Below, piece by piece: positions 41,116 through 51,158 of a DNA stretch of 64,000 nucleotides. Position 1 is the stretch's first letter. Every line of letters starts with the position of its first letter. The stretch comes from Planctomycetota bacterium. GTDB lineage: Bacteria > Planctomycetota > UBA8108 > UBA1146. The stretch lies in NCBI GenBank assembly GCA_036338595.1, contig JAYZBV010000073.1, positions 1 to 64,000 on the forward strand, read 5' to 3'. Both the position numbers and the translations under genes were made by a program. The notes beneath the pieces are model-generated. The model did not search any database. It was not told where the DNA came from and was given only the letters and a program-made list of their open reading frames with translations.

Positions 41116-42153
41116 ATGTCGAGTGGAATCCAACTATGGGAGCCGGGGCCGGTTCCACCTGGGCTGCTGGCAGCGCTTCGCAAGTCGAAGCTGCCGCTGA
41201 TCCTGACCCACATTTACCCCGATGGAGATGCACTGGGATCTGCAGTCTCGATGCACAGGGCGCTGGAACAACTGGGAGCCCGTCCCCGGACGATCTTGAC
41301 TCATCCGGTACCCGAGAAACTGAGTTTCATCGATCATGATTCCGTGGCGGAACTGCTCGACGGGGAACCGAATCCGGAGCAGCTCGATGTAGTGAGGAAA
41401 GCAGATCTGATCCTCGTCGTCGATACCTCGGCGCGAGACCGACTGGGCCACATGAAGGGCGCCATCGAGTCGAGTGATGCTCCCAGGGTCTGCATCGATC
41501 ATCATCTCGATGGCGATACCGATTTCTTTTCCGAGATCTGGTGTGAACCCGGCTCCCCTTCGACGGGCAACCTGGTTCTCGAGGTGATCGAGGCACTCGA
41601 GTGCGAACTGCTCTCCACCACAGCTGAATCGCTCTTTGTCGCCATCGCGACAGATACTGGCTGGTTTCGATATTCAAACTCGGGATCGGTGGCGTACAGA
41701 TACGCTGCCCGGCTGGTTGAACTTGGCGTCGATCCGGAGCCCATATTTCAAAGAATCTTCCAGTCCTTTTCGATGCAAAGAACGCTCCTGCTCGGTGACC
41801 TGCTGGCGGGGCTGGAATCGCAGGAAGGGAACAAGATCGTCTATTCGGTGCTGTCGGAGCCGATGCGCCGCAAGCGAGGAGTGGATCTGGAGGATCTGGA
41901 TGGCTTTGTCGACTCTCTGGGACAGGTCGGAGGCAGTGAGATCGTGATCCTCGTCGTTGAAGTTGGTCGTGGGAGATATAAAGTATCCCTTCGGTCGAGG
42001 GGCGAGTTTTCGGTGCATACCATCGCCTCTCATTTCGACGGTGGAGGTCATGCAAAAGCGGCGGGATGCCGCCTCGAAGGTACCGAGGAGCAGATTCTTT
42101 CAAGATTGCTGGCAGAGTGCCGCAAGACCCTGGGTGTCGGCGGACCGGTCTGA
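41116..42153 (+). CDS. nrnA: DHH-DHHA1 phosphoesterase (NrnA-like oligoribonuclease / pAp phosphatase)
   Basis: HIYPDGDALGS, IDHH, TDTGWF, SLRS and GGGHAKAAG motifs. Confidence 0.88.
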   Translation: MSSGIQLWEPGPVPPGLLAALRKSKLPLILTHIYPDGDALGSAVSMHRALEQLGARPRTILTHPVPEKLSFIDHDSVAELLDGEPNPEQLDVVRKADLILVVDTSARDRLGHMKGAIESSDAPRVCIDHHLDGDTDFFSEIWCEPGSPSTGNLVLEVIEALECELLSTTAESLFVAIATDTGWFRYSNSGSVAYRYAARLVELGVDPEPIFQRIFQSFSMQRTLLLGDLLAGLESQEGNKIVYSVLSEPMRRKRGVDLEDLDGFVDSLGQVGGSEIVILVVEVGRGRYKVSLRSRGEFSVHTIASHFDGGGHAKAAGCRLEGTEEQILSRLLAECRKTLGVGGPV

Positions 42154-42195
42154 GATCTCACTGGAGAACGGACGGAAGAAGGGGTGCGGTAAAGA

Positions 42196-43425
42196 ATGAG
42201 TTCAGATCTGCTGAATCGCACCGCGATCCTGATGCTGTTGCTGAGTAGCCTTCCTGGTTGCACTCCACCCGCAGAACCGGAAGTTGTCGATGTTGCTCCT
42301 CAGAAGTCTCCCGAGCAGATTGCCAGGGAACTGGAACAGATCCGTCAGGCCGGTTACCAGACCCGTTACGATGGAATCTCCAAGGCGATCCGCACCAATC
42401 CAGATCAGTTCGATGATTGGATCGGCCACCTCGAGGACCTGATCTACGCCTCGGAGGGAACCAAGGTCGAGATCAAGGCCAAGAATCTGCTCGATCAGCA
42501 ATTGCAGTATCGCGAGGACGAGGGCAAGAAGAGCCTCGACCTCTTGGCCGCCAGGGTCGAGAGCCTCATCGCAGAAGGGGATCCACTGGCAGCAGAACGG
42601 ATCCTCGAGGAGTTCGATCCAGATGGCACCTATGAGAAGACTGCAGCCCACCAGGGTTGGAAGGATCTCCAGGAGCAAGTGGCCATTCGCCAGCGCGCAG
42701 AGGTCGATTTCGACCGCATCACCCGCAGGGCGCGCGCCTATCGTCGCCAGGAGGAACTGGCTGAAGCGATTGGCCTGCTCGAGTCCTTCTCCGATGAGTA
42801 CAAGGGAACCAAGGAGTATGACGAGGTGGTCGTGACGATAGCAGAGTACCTCGCTGAGTATGAGGTGGCTCGAGCTGCACAGCAGGAGCAACTTTCGATC
42901 GAATGGATCGACCTCCCCATCGACCAGTATCTGTCGTCATTTCGAGCCTCTACATCCGATCCAGATGCCACTGCATGGTCAGCGGAGGGGGGAGAGGCGA
43001 TCGGGAACAACACCAGCACTGGACTGGCTCAACTGGAGATCGGTGAGGACAGCTGGGAGGAATATTCGGTCGAGATGGAGATCCAGCTCATTTCCGGTGA
43101 CTCGATCAATCTCGGGATCACTGCGGGTATGCGTCCTGGTGCTGGGATCAAAAATTACGATGTTCACAGTTTCGATGCCGAGGAGGAAGAGTGGCTGCGG
43201 ATCCGGATCGAACTCAAGGAAGGTCTCATCCGTTTGACTGATCTCGATAGCCTGGAACGCCTCGACGAAGACACGCGTCCATACTTTCCTGCGGGAGGGA
43301 TCGCAGTCCTCTTGAAACCAGATGACTCGGTCCGCCTTCGCAACATCCGTTACAAAGTCTTTCGACCTGTCCCCGGCGAGGAAGAAGCGCCAGAGGATGG
43401 GGCGGAGGACGATACGGAAGGGTAG
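42196..43425 (+). CDS. Hypothetical acidic lipoprotein (helical N-part, beta-rich C-domain)
   Basis: Lipobox-like LLSSLPGC; long ORF co-directional with its neighbours. Confidence 0.7.
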   Translation: MSSDLLNRTAILMLLLSSLPGCTPPAEPEVVDVAPQKSPEQIARELEQIRQAGYQTRYDGISKAIRTNPDQFDDWIGHLEDLIYASEGTKVEIKAKNLLDQQLQYREDEGKKSLDLLAARVESLIAEGDPLAAERILEEFDPDGTYEKTAAHQGWKDLQEQVAIRQRAEVDFDRITRRARAYRRQEELAEAIGLLESFSDEYKGTKEYDEVVVTIAEYLAEYEVARAAQQEQLSIEWIDLPIDQYLSSFRASTSDPDATAWSAEGGEAIGNNTSTGLAQLEIGEDSWEEYSVEMEIQLISGDSINLGITAGMRPGAGIKNYDVHSFDAEEEEWLRIRIELKEGLIRLTDLDSLERLDEDTRPYFPAGGIAVLLKPDDSVRLRNIRYKVFRPVPGEEEAPEDGAEDDTEG

Positions 43426-43435
43426 CCGCACCGCG

Positions 43436-44158
43436 GTGACCGCCTTCGATGCCAGCCAACTAGGTAACTGGGAGCAGGATGTCGCCAGTCTCGCGGGCAT
43501 GCTTGTCCATGAGGTAAAGAATCCACTCTCGACTCTGAATATTTCCTCCCAGTTGCTCCTCGAGGAACTGGGAGATGCGGAGTCTCCACGCCAGCAAAGG
43601 ACTCTTCGCCGCCTCGAGATGATGAAATCGGAGATCCAGCGGATTGAACACATCATCTCCTCGTTTCTCCAGTTGACCCGACCTCAGCAGATGCAGCGTG
43701 ATTCAGTGGACATCTCTCGTCTGGTCGAAAATGTCATTTCACGTAATCGAGAGGCGATCGAACTGGAAGGGGTCAGTATCCTGTTTCAACCGCAGGAGAC
43801 TTCTCGGGTCGCAGGAGACGAGACGTTGCTCCATCAGGCGATCTTGAACCTGATCCTCAACGGGCGTTCTGCGATGCCAGATGGTGGAGAACTGTTCATC
43901 CGTGTGCTCGAATCGAACTACCGCGGTGGGGATGCAGTCGTCGTTGAGGTGACCGATACCGGCGTTGGAATCTCCAAGGATGCGATTCCGAGGATTTTTC
44001 GTCCCTATGTTTCGACCACCGAAGGCGGAACCGGGCTTGGTCTTCCCACTACATTGCGGATCATCCGCCTCCATGGGGGTACGATCCTGGTCGAGAGCGA
44101 AGAGGGACAAGGGAGCCGATTCTCCGTGGTTCTGCCGACGCAGGGTTCAGTCAGTTGA
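43436..44158 (+). CDS. Histidine kinase lacking a sensor domain (HisKA + HATPase only)
   Basis: HEVKNPL H-box, NLILNG, DTGVGI and GTGLGL. GTG 43436 lies just after the upstream stop. Confidence 0.9.
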   Translation: MTAFDASQLGNWEQDVASLAGMLVHEVKNPLSTLNISSQLLLEELGDAESPRQQRTLRRLEMMKSEIQRIEHIISSFLQLTRPQQMQRDSVDISRLVENVISRNREAIELEGVSILFQPQETSRVAGDETLLHQAILNLILNGRSAMPDGGELFIRVLESNYRGGDAVVVEVTDTGVGISKDAIPRIFRPYVSTTEGGTGLGLPTTLRIIRLHGGTILVESEEGQGSRFSVVLPTQGSVS

Positions 44159-45573
44159 AGGGCAACACGATGCAGCGCGAGGGAGCCCCTCGAGATGAGA
44201 CGCCGGCGAAGATCCTCGTCGTCGATGATCAGGCTGCCCATGCCGAGATACTGGCGGAAGCGCTCGTCTCTGTCGGACATCAGTGCATCGTTGCAACCAG
44301 TGCTGATGCGGCGAAGGACCAGCTCCGCAAGGAGACCGTTGATATCGTCATCACTGACCTCGTCCTCGGCGATCGGGATGGGCTCGATCTGATACGAGAG
44401 GCGCAATCGATTGATCCCTTCATCGCCGTAGTTGTGGTCACTGGGCATGGCACGGTCGAAACAGCAGTCGAGGCGATGCAACTGGGAGCCGTTGATTATC
44501 TGCGCAAGCCGGTTGATCTGACCGGACTCAGAATCCGAGTCGAGCGCGCGCTAGAAGGCGCAGCCCTCAGACGTCGAGCGGATGAACTGGAAAGAGCGAT
44601 CGATGATCGGTTTGGTTTTGAAGGAATCATCGGCTCCAGTCACGGCATGCATGCCATCGTCCAGAAGATGCAGCAGGTTGCGCAGACCGACGCATCGATC
44701 CTGATCCTGGGAGAGAGCGGAACAGGCAAGGAACTCTTCGCAAAGGCGATTCACGCCAATAGTCGGCGCAAGGGAAATGTCTTTGTCCCGCTCAACTGCG
44801 CGGCACTTGGTGAAGGTGTTCTGGAAAGCGAACTCTTTGGCCACGAGCGAGGTGCGTTCACTGGCGCCTCGTCTCTTCGAAAAGGGCGATTCGAACATGC
44901 GGATTCTGGCACGCTGTTCCTCGACGAAGTTGGAGATATTCCTCCCTCGGTCCAGGTAAAACTACTTCGGGTACTCGAGGAAGGTGAAGTGGTTCGGATG
45001 GGATCCAATGATCCTGTGCCTACCGATGTGAGACTGATCTGTGCCACTCATCGCAATCTACGCGAGCGGATAACGGAGGAGAAGTTCCGAGAGGATCTGT
45101 TCTATCGTATCAACGTGGTCACGATAGAGATTCCACCTCTGAGGGATCGAACCGTTGATATTCCTCTGCTGGTCAGTCACTTTCTCGAGGATTATTCCCG
45201 TATTCACGACAAATCGATCGATGGCATCTCGCGCGAGGCGCTGCGTGTGCTGACGACATATCAATGGCCAGGAAATGTCCGTGAGTTGAAGAATGCCGTC
45301 GAGAACATGGTGGTCACCTCGCATGGATCGGTGCTCGAGGTGGTCGATTTACCGGGGCATATCTACCCGAGGGAATCGATGGCGACCACTCATGCCGTGG
45401 CGGTAGGGACCACCATCCAGGAGATGGAACGCGATCTGATCTGCTCGACTCTCGAGTTCGTGCAGGGCAATCGGCGCAAGGCGGCGAAATCGCTGGGGAT
45501 CGGTGAGCGAACCCTCTACCGCAAGATTCAGGAATATGGACTCCGCCCCTCGGAGGAGGAGGCTGCCAAATAG
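44155..45573 (+). CDS. Sigma-54-dependent response regulator (NtrC/AtoC family)
   Basis: Receiver domain, GESGTGKE, GAFTGA, WPGNVREL and a Fis-type HTH. Confidence 0.95.
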   Translation: MKGNTMQREGAPRDETPAKILVVDDQAAHAEILAEALVSVGHQCIVATSADAAKDQLRKETVDIVITDLVLGDRDGLDLIREAQSIDPFIAVVVVTGHGTVETAVEAMQLGAVDYLRKPVDLTGLRIRVERALEGAALRRRADELERAIDDRFGFEGIIGSSHGMHAIVQKMQQVAQTDASILILGESGTGKELFAKAIHANSRRKGNVFVPLNCAALGEGVLESELFGHERGAFTGASSLRKGRFEHADSGTLFLDEVGDIPPSVQVKLLRVLEEGEVVRMGSNDPVPTDVRLICATHRNLRERITEEKFREDLFYRINVVTIEIPPLRDRTVDIPLLVSHFLEDYSRIHDKSIDGISREALRVLTTYQWPGNVRELKNAVENMVVTSHGSVLEVVDLPGHIYPRESMATTHAVAVGTTIQEMERDLICSTLEFVQGNRRKAAKSLGIGERTLYRKIQEYGLRPSEEEAAK

Positions 45574-45705
45574 GCAGTTTTTGTCAATTTTCCACAGCCT
45601 GGGTGTCATCCTGGCAGATTGCTCGCCGGTGAGTCGCCACCAAGACCCGGGTAAATCACCAATTCCTGCCATAATTGCGATAAATTGGGGTGTGTCTCAT
45701 ACAAT

Positions 45706-45721
45706 TGGAACAGGGTTTGCG
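45706..45721 (+). promoter_or_regulatory. Putative sigma-54 -24/-12 promoter of dnaK
   Basis: TGGAACAGGGTTTGCG matches TGGCAC-N5-TTGC with the correct GG-N10-GC spacing and ends about 70 nt before the dnaK ATG. Confidence 0.6.
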
Positions 45722-45792
45722 ATTTCTCCAGTGGAGCCAGGCCGGCTTCCTCGGTCCAGAACAGGGCCGGGCTTGCGAAGGGAGAAGAAGAA

Positions 45793-47727
45793 ATGAGCAA
45801 GATCATCGGAATCGACCTCGGGACCACCAACTCGGTGGTGTCGGTGATGGAGGGTGGAGAGCCCACCGTCATCCCGAACCGCGATGGCAATCGAGTGACG
45901 CCATCGGTTGTGGCCTTCACCGAGTCTGGAGACCGTCTCGTGGGGCAGACCGCCAAGCGCCAGGCGGTGACGAATCCTGAAAATACGGTTTTCTCCATCA
46001 AGCGCTTCATGGGCCGTCGTCACGGCGAGCTGGGCAAGAACGAGATGATGATCCCGTACGAGCTCACCGGAGGAGACGAAGACCTTGTCAAGGTCAAATT
46101 GATGGGCAAGGAGTACACGCCACCAGAACTCTCTGCGTTGATCCTCCAGGATCTCAAGAGCACTGCCGAGGACTACCTCGGGGTCGAGGTCACGGAAGCG
46201 GTCATCACGGTACCTGCATACTTCAATGACAGTCAGCGCCAGGCTACCAAGGACGCGGGCCGGATTGCTGGCCTGGATGTGAAACGCATCATCAACGAAC
46301 CAACTGCAGCATCGCTGGGTTACGGTCTCGAAAAGAAGGGGTCCGAGAAGATCGTGATTTACGATCTGGGTGGAGGTACCTTTGATGTGTCGATACTTGA
46401 AGTGGACGATGGGATCTTCAAGGTCCTCTCCACCAATGGAGATACGCTACTCGGCGGTGACGACTTCGACGAGATCCTGATCCATCACATCGCCGATGAG
46501 TTCCAGAAGGAGCAAGGCATCGATCTTCGCAAGGATCTGATGGCGTTGCAGCGCCTGAAGGAGGCGGCGGAGAAGGCGAAGTGCGAACTTTCCAACCGCG
46601 CCGAAACTGAGTTGAATCTGCCCTTCATCACGGCGGATGCCAGCGGTCCCAAGCACCTTCAGATGTCGATCACCCGCGCCACATTCGAGGAAAAGGCGAG
46701 GGAACTGATCGAGCGGACACAGCGCCCCTGTGAACAGGCTCTCTCCGATGCGGGTCTGAGTCCAAGCCAGGTCGATACCGTGATCCTGGTCGGTGGTTCC
46801 ACGAGAATCCCCGCGATCCAGGAGGTCGTGATCTCCATCTTTGGCAAGGAGCCGAACCGCTCGGTGAATCCAGACGAGGTCGTTGCCATGGGAGCTGCGA
46901 TCCAGGGCGGCATTCTCGCTGGCGATGAGAAGTTGAATGACGTGCTGTTGCTCGATGTGACTCCACTGTCGCTGGGAATCGAGACCCTCGGCGGAGTGAC
47001 GACGAAACTGATCGAACGGAACACCACGATCCCTCACCAGAAGAAACAGGTTTTCTCGACGGCAGCGGACAACCAACCTGCAGTCGACATCCATGTTCTT
47101 CAGGGGGAGAGAGAGCTGGCAACCGACAATCGCACACTTGGAAAGTTTCAACTCGATGGGATTCCCGCCTCACCAAGGGGTGTTCCTCAGATCGAGGTTT
47201 CTTTCGATATCGATGCCAACGGAATCCTGGAGGTCTCTGCCAAGGACCTGGGTACCGGCAAGGAGCACAGCATCAAGATCCAGTCCTCTTCTGGCCTCAG
47301 TGAGGAAGAGGTCGAGTCGATGAGGCAGGATGCGGAGCGATTCGCGGACGAGGATAAAACGACCAGAGAACTGGTCGAGATCCGGAATGAGGCGGATCAG
47401 GCGTGTTACGCCACGGAATCGAGCCTCAAGGATCATTCGGACAAGATGGAGAAGGACGAGGTCGAGAAGATCGAGAAGGCGCTCGCTGATCTGAAGGACG
47501 CCAAGGGTGCTCCCGATGCCACGCAAGAGTCGATCCGGACTGCTCTCGACGCCCTCAACGAGGCATCTCATGATCTGGCCCGCCGGATCTACGAACAGGC
47601 CTCGGCGGATGGGGGAGACGCTGCCAGCAGCCAGCCAGCTGAGGGTGCCCCCGAGGCGGCCTCCGGGCCTGCTGCAGATGGCGATGAGCCGGTCGTGGAC
47701 GCCAACTTCACCGTCAAGGAGGACTAG
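45793..47727 (+). CDS. dnaK: Chaperone DnaK (Hsp70)
   Basis: [42 protein letters not shown] and [11 protein letters not shown]. Confidence 0.99.
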   Translation: MSKIIGIDLGTTNSVVSVMEGGEPTVIPNRDGNRVTPSVVAFTESGDRLVGQTAKRQAVTNPENTVFSIKRFMGRRHGELGKNEMMIPYELTGGDEDLVKVKLMGKEYTPPELSALILQDLKSTAEDYLGVEVTEAVITVPAYFNDSQRQATKDAGRIAGLDVKRIINEPTAASLGYGLEKKGSEKIVIYDLGGGTFDVSILEVDDGIFKVLSTNGDTLLGGDDFDEILIHHIADEFQKEQGIDLRKDLMALQRLKEAAEKAKCELSNRAETELNLPFITADASGPKHLQMSITRATFEEKARELIERTQRPCEQALSDAGLSPSQVDTVILVGGSTRIPAIQEVVISIFGKEPNRSVNPDEVVAMGAAIQGGILAGDEKLNDVLLLDVTPLSLGIETLGGVTTKLIERNTTIPHQKKQVFSTAADNQPAVDIHVLQGERELATDNRTLGKFQLDGIPASPRGVPQIEVSFDIDANGILEVSAKDLGTGKEHSIKIQSSSGLSEEEVESMRQDAERFADEDKTTRELVEIRNEADQACYATESSLKDHSDKMEKDEVEKIEKALADLKDAKGAPDATQESIRTALDALNEASHDLARRIYEQASADGGDAASSQPAEGAPEAASGPAADGDEPVVDANFTVKED

Positions 47728-47758
47728 TTCTTCCACGCTGACGACAGAAACATCCCGG

Positions 47759-47794
47759 GCGGCGCAGGCTATTCGATGGCCTGCGCCGCTTTTT
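47759..47794 (+). terminator. Intrinsic terminator after dnaK
   Basis: GCGGCGCAGGCTAT-TCG-ATGGCCTGCGCCGC followed by TTTTT. Confidence 0.85.
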
Positions 47795-48003
47795 CATCGA
47801 GGAACTGATGAGGGGCGTGATTCGTCGATACTAGAGGGAGCGATCGGTCCCCGCGCCTCATCGGCTCCTTCCGGAAGACCCGCCAGCATCTCAGATGAAG
47901 CCACAGACGGCCGTATCGGCAGGTTCAAGGCCAGATTACCGGCCAGAACTTCTTTCCTAAAGAACCGAGTCCAGGAAGCCGAAGAACAGTGGTGGAGGAC
48001 CAG

Positions 48004-50040
48004 ATGAACCAACACATCAATTTGTTCGAGTTGATCTCGAAGAATCTCGAATCCGATCGTTACCGGGAACTCAACTGGACCGGTAGTTTTCATGACTATC
48101 TCCAGATTGCCTATGAGAACCCGGATGTTCTCCGGAGCTCCTTCCAGCGCGTATTCGACATGATCCGCGCAGCGGGTAGTGAAGCTTCTTCTCAACTCGA
48201 TGTCAGAGACACCGTTCACTGGAAGTTCTTTGACGATCCAGTGGGCGAGGGAAAGAACGCAGTCTTTGGACTCGATCTTCCGCTTCATCAACTCGTCAGT
48301 TTCTTCAAGTCAGCAGCCCAGGGCTATGGCACGGAGAAACGAGTGCTACTGCTCCATGGCCCGGTAGGCTCGGCGAAGAGCACCATCGTTAGCCTGTTGA
48401 AGCGTGGACTCGAGAGGTACTCGCGCACCCCTGAAGGAATCCTGTACACGTTCCAGTGGCAAGATGAGAAGGGCGATTGGGTCGATTCTCCGATGAACGA
48501 GGATCCCATCTACCTGGTTCCTGAAGAAGCGCGCCCAGAATTGATAGAGAGCATCCAGGCCACCGGAAAAGGCAATTACCCCATTCAGTTGCATGGCAGC
48601 CTGTGCCCATTCAGCCGCTGGTACTACAACCACTACATGAAGAAGTACGATGGAGATTGGCACAAGGTGATCAACCATGTGCGGGTTCGTCGTGTTGTCA
48701 TGAGTGAGGAAGACCGTGTCGGGATTGGCACCTTCCAGCCCAAAGATGAGAAGAACCAGGATTCGACCGAACTCACCGGTGATATCAACTACCGAAAAAT
48801 AGCCGAATATGGATCGGAATCAGATCCTCGCGCATTCAACTTCGACGGTGAGTTCAATGTCGCCAACCGTGGCATCATCGAGTTCATCGAGGTCTTGAAA
48901 CTGGACGTTGCCTTCCTGTACGACCTGCTTGGGGCCAGTCAGGAGCAGAGCATCAAGCCGAAGCGCTTTGCGCAAACCTCGATAGACGAGGTGATCATCG
49001 GGCATACCAATGAGCCCGAGTACCGCAAGCTTCAGAGCAACGAATTGATGGAAGCGTTCCGCGATCGAACCGTGAAAATCGACATTCCATACAACACGAC
49101 GCTCCAGGACGAGGTGCGCATATACCGCAAGGATTACTCGCGGGAAAAGATGACAAAGCATATCGCCCCCCACACCCTCGAGGTGTGCGCGATGTGGGCT
49201 GTCCTGACACGCCTCGAAGAGCCGAAGAACGCTCAGATCACACTGGCGCAGAAGATGAGCCTCTACGACGGCAAGAATGTGTCGGGGTTCACGGAAGAAA
49301 ACGTCAAGGAACTGCGCGACGAGTCGGTGCGTGAAGGTCTCGAAGGGATCTCCCCTCGTTACATCCAGGACAAGATCTCCAATGCGCTGGTTTCCGATTA
49401 CAACTATGTAAACCCGTTCATGGTCCTCAATGAGATCGACGAGGGGCTGAAGCACCACAGTCTGATATCGAGTGAAGAGACCAGATCTCGATACAGAGAG
49501 ATTCTTTCGGTGGTCAAGTCAGAGTACGAGGACATCGTGAAAAACGAGGTTCAGAGGGCCATCAGCGCCGACGAAGAAGCGATTCAGAAGCTCTGCTCCA
49601 ACTACATCGATAATGTCAAGGCGTACACACAGCGAGAAAAGGTGCGCAATCCCTACACCGGCCAGTCGGAAGATCCTGATGAGCGATTGTTACGCTCCAT
49701 CGAGGAGAAGATTGAAATCCCGGAGAGCCGCAAGGATGACTTTCGCAGAGAGATCATGAATTACATCGGTGCACTGGCAGTCGACCAGAAACAGTTTGAT
49801 TACACAACCAACGCAAGGTTGCAAAAAGCCCTCGAGATGAAGCTGTTCGAGGACAAGAAAGACACCATCAAGCTGACCTCGGTCATCTCTGACGTGGTGG
49901 ACAAGGACTCCCAGGCGAAGATTGATGTCGTGAAGACACGCCTGATAGAACAATTCGGATACAACGAAGACAGTTCTACAGATGTCCTGAACTATGTGGC
50001 CAGCATCTTTGCCCGCGGTGACACAAAGGGTATCGAATAG
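48004..50040 (+). CDS. prkA: PrkA/YeaG-family AAA+ serine kinase/ATPase
   Basis: [38 protein letters not shown] and GISPRY. ATG behind GGAGG. Confidence 0.93.
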   Translation: MNQHINLFELISKNLESDRYRELNWTGSFHDYLQIAYENPDVLRSSFQRVFDMIRAAGSEASSQLDVRDTVHWKFFDDPVGEGKNAVFGLDLPLHQLVSFFKSAAQGYGTEKRVLLLHGPVGSAKSTIVSLLKRGLERYSRTPEGILYTFQWQDEKGDWVDSPMNEDPIYLVPEEARPELIESIQATGKGNYPIQLHGSLCPFSRWYYNHYMKKYDGDWHKVINHVRVRRVVMSEEDRVGIGTFQPKDEKNQDSTELTGDINYRKIAEYGSESDPRAFNFDGEFNVANRGIIEFIEVLKLDVAFLYDLLGASQEQSIKPKRFAQTSIDEVIIGHTNEPEYRKLQSNELMEAFRDRTVKIDIPYNTTLQDEVRIYRKDYSREKMTKHIAPHTLEVCAMWAVLTRLEEPKNAQITLAQKMSLYDGKNVSGFTEENVKELRDESVREGLEGISPRYIQDKISNALVSDYNYVNPFMVLNEIDEGLKHHSLISSEETRSRYREILSVVKSEYEDIVKNEVQRAISADEEAIQKLCSNYIDNVKAYTQREKVRNPYTGQSEDPDERLLRSIEEKIEIPESRKDDFRREIMNYIGALAVDQKQFDYTTNARLQKALEMKLFEDKKDTIKLTSVISDVVDKDSQAKIDVVKTRLIEQFGYNEDSSTDVLNYVASIFARGDTKGIE

Positions 50041-50056
50041 GCTGGGGGGATCCATC

Positions 50057-51157
50057 GTGCGAAAGATAGATCCAGATACCAATCGGTTTCGGAACATCGT
50101 TCGCGGCAAGATCAGGGAAAATCTGAAACAGTACATCTCTCAGGGCGAGCTGCTTGCTCGCCAGGGTAAGAGTATTGTGAGCGTTCCCTTGCCGCAAATC
50201 GATATCCCCAACTTCAGGTTCGGCTCAGCCGATCAAGATGGAGTTGGACTTGGAGAGGGCGAGGAGGGGCAGCCGATCGGTGGCGAGCAAGCGCTGCCGG
50301 GCCCGGAGGCGGGAGACCAGCCAGGAGAACACATCCTGGAAGTGGACGTATCTCTCGAGGAACTCGCCGAGATTCTCGGTGAGGAACTGGAACTACCGAG
50401 GATCGAGCCACGCGGTACCGAATCGATCGAGGTCGAGAAGGACCGCTACACCGGAATCAACCGCACGGGACCCGAGTCACTTCGCCACTTCCGCCGCACC
50501 TTCAAGGCAGCATTGAGGCGCCAGATAGCCAGCGGCTCATACGATGTGAAAAACCCAAATGTCGTTCCAATTCGTGAGGATCGAAGATACCGCTCCTGGA
50601 ACACCAAGAAGGTTCCCCAGTCGAATGCCGTGATCATCTACATGATGGATGTGTCCGGTTCGATGGGGAATGAACAGAAGGACATCGTGAGGATCGAATC
50701 ATTCTGGCTCGATACCTGGCTCCGAAGCCAGTACGAGAATCTTGAGACGAGATACATCATCCACGATGCCCAGGCAAAACTTGTTGATTCGCACACGTTT
50801 TTCCATGTCCGTGAGTCTGGTGGAACGAAGATCTCCAGTGCTTACAACCTGGCGAAGGAACTGATCCAGAAGGAGTTCTCTCCTCAGGAATGGAATATTT
50901 ACCCGTTCCACTTCTCCGATGGAGACAACTGGGGAGGCGATGACACAGCTCATTGCCTCAAGCTGCTCGAGGAAGATCTGATCCCTGCAAGTAATGTTTT
51001 CTGTTACGGCCAGGTCAAGAGCGCGTACGGAAGCGGACAGTTCATCAAGGACCTGCGAGAGGGAGTGGGGCAAAACGACAAGATGTTGCTGTCCGAGATC
51101 AACTCTCGTGATGAGATCTTACCTTCGATAAAAACTTTCCTCGGAAAGGGCTGTTGA
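50057..51157 (+). CDS. yeaH: YeaH/YhbH (DUF444) VWA-like protein
   Basis: [18 protein letters not shown] and HFSDGDNW; located between prkA and spoVR. Confidence 0.9.
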   Translation: MRKIDPDTNRFRNIVRGKIRENLKQYISQGELLARQGKSIVSVPLPQIDIPNFRFGSADQDGVGLGEGEEGQPIGGEQALPGPEAGDQPGEHILEVDVSLEELAEILGEELELPRIEPRGTESIEVEKDRYTGINRTGPESLRHFRRTFKAALRRQIASGSYDVKNPNVVPIREDRRYRSWNTKKVPQSNAVIIYMMDVSGSMGNEQKDIVRIESFWLDTWLRSQYENLETRYIIHDAQAKLVDSHTFFHVRESGGTKISSAYNLAKELIQKEFSPQEWNIYPFHFSDGDNWGGDDTAHCLKLLEEDLIPASNVFCYGQVKSAYGSGQFIKDLREGVGQNDKMLLSEINSRDEILPSIKTFLGKGC

Positions 51158-51158
51158 G

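Noticed and set aside
47805..47812. CTGATGAG hammerhead-ribozyme core
   Set aside because: No stem II followed by GAAA; the motif is sequestered in a simple hairpin.
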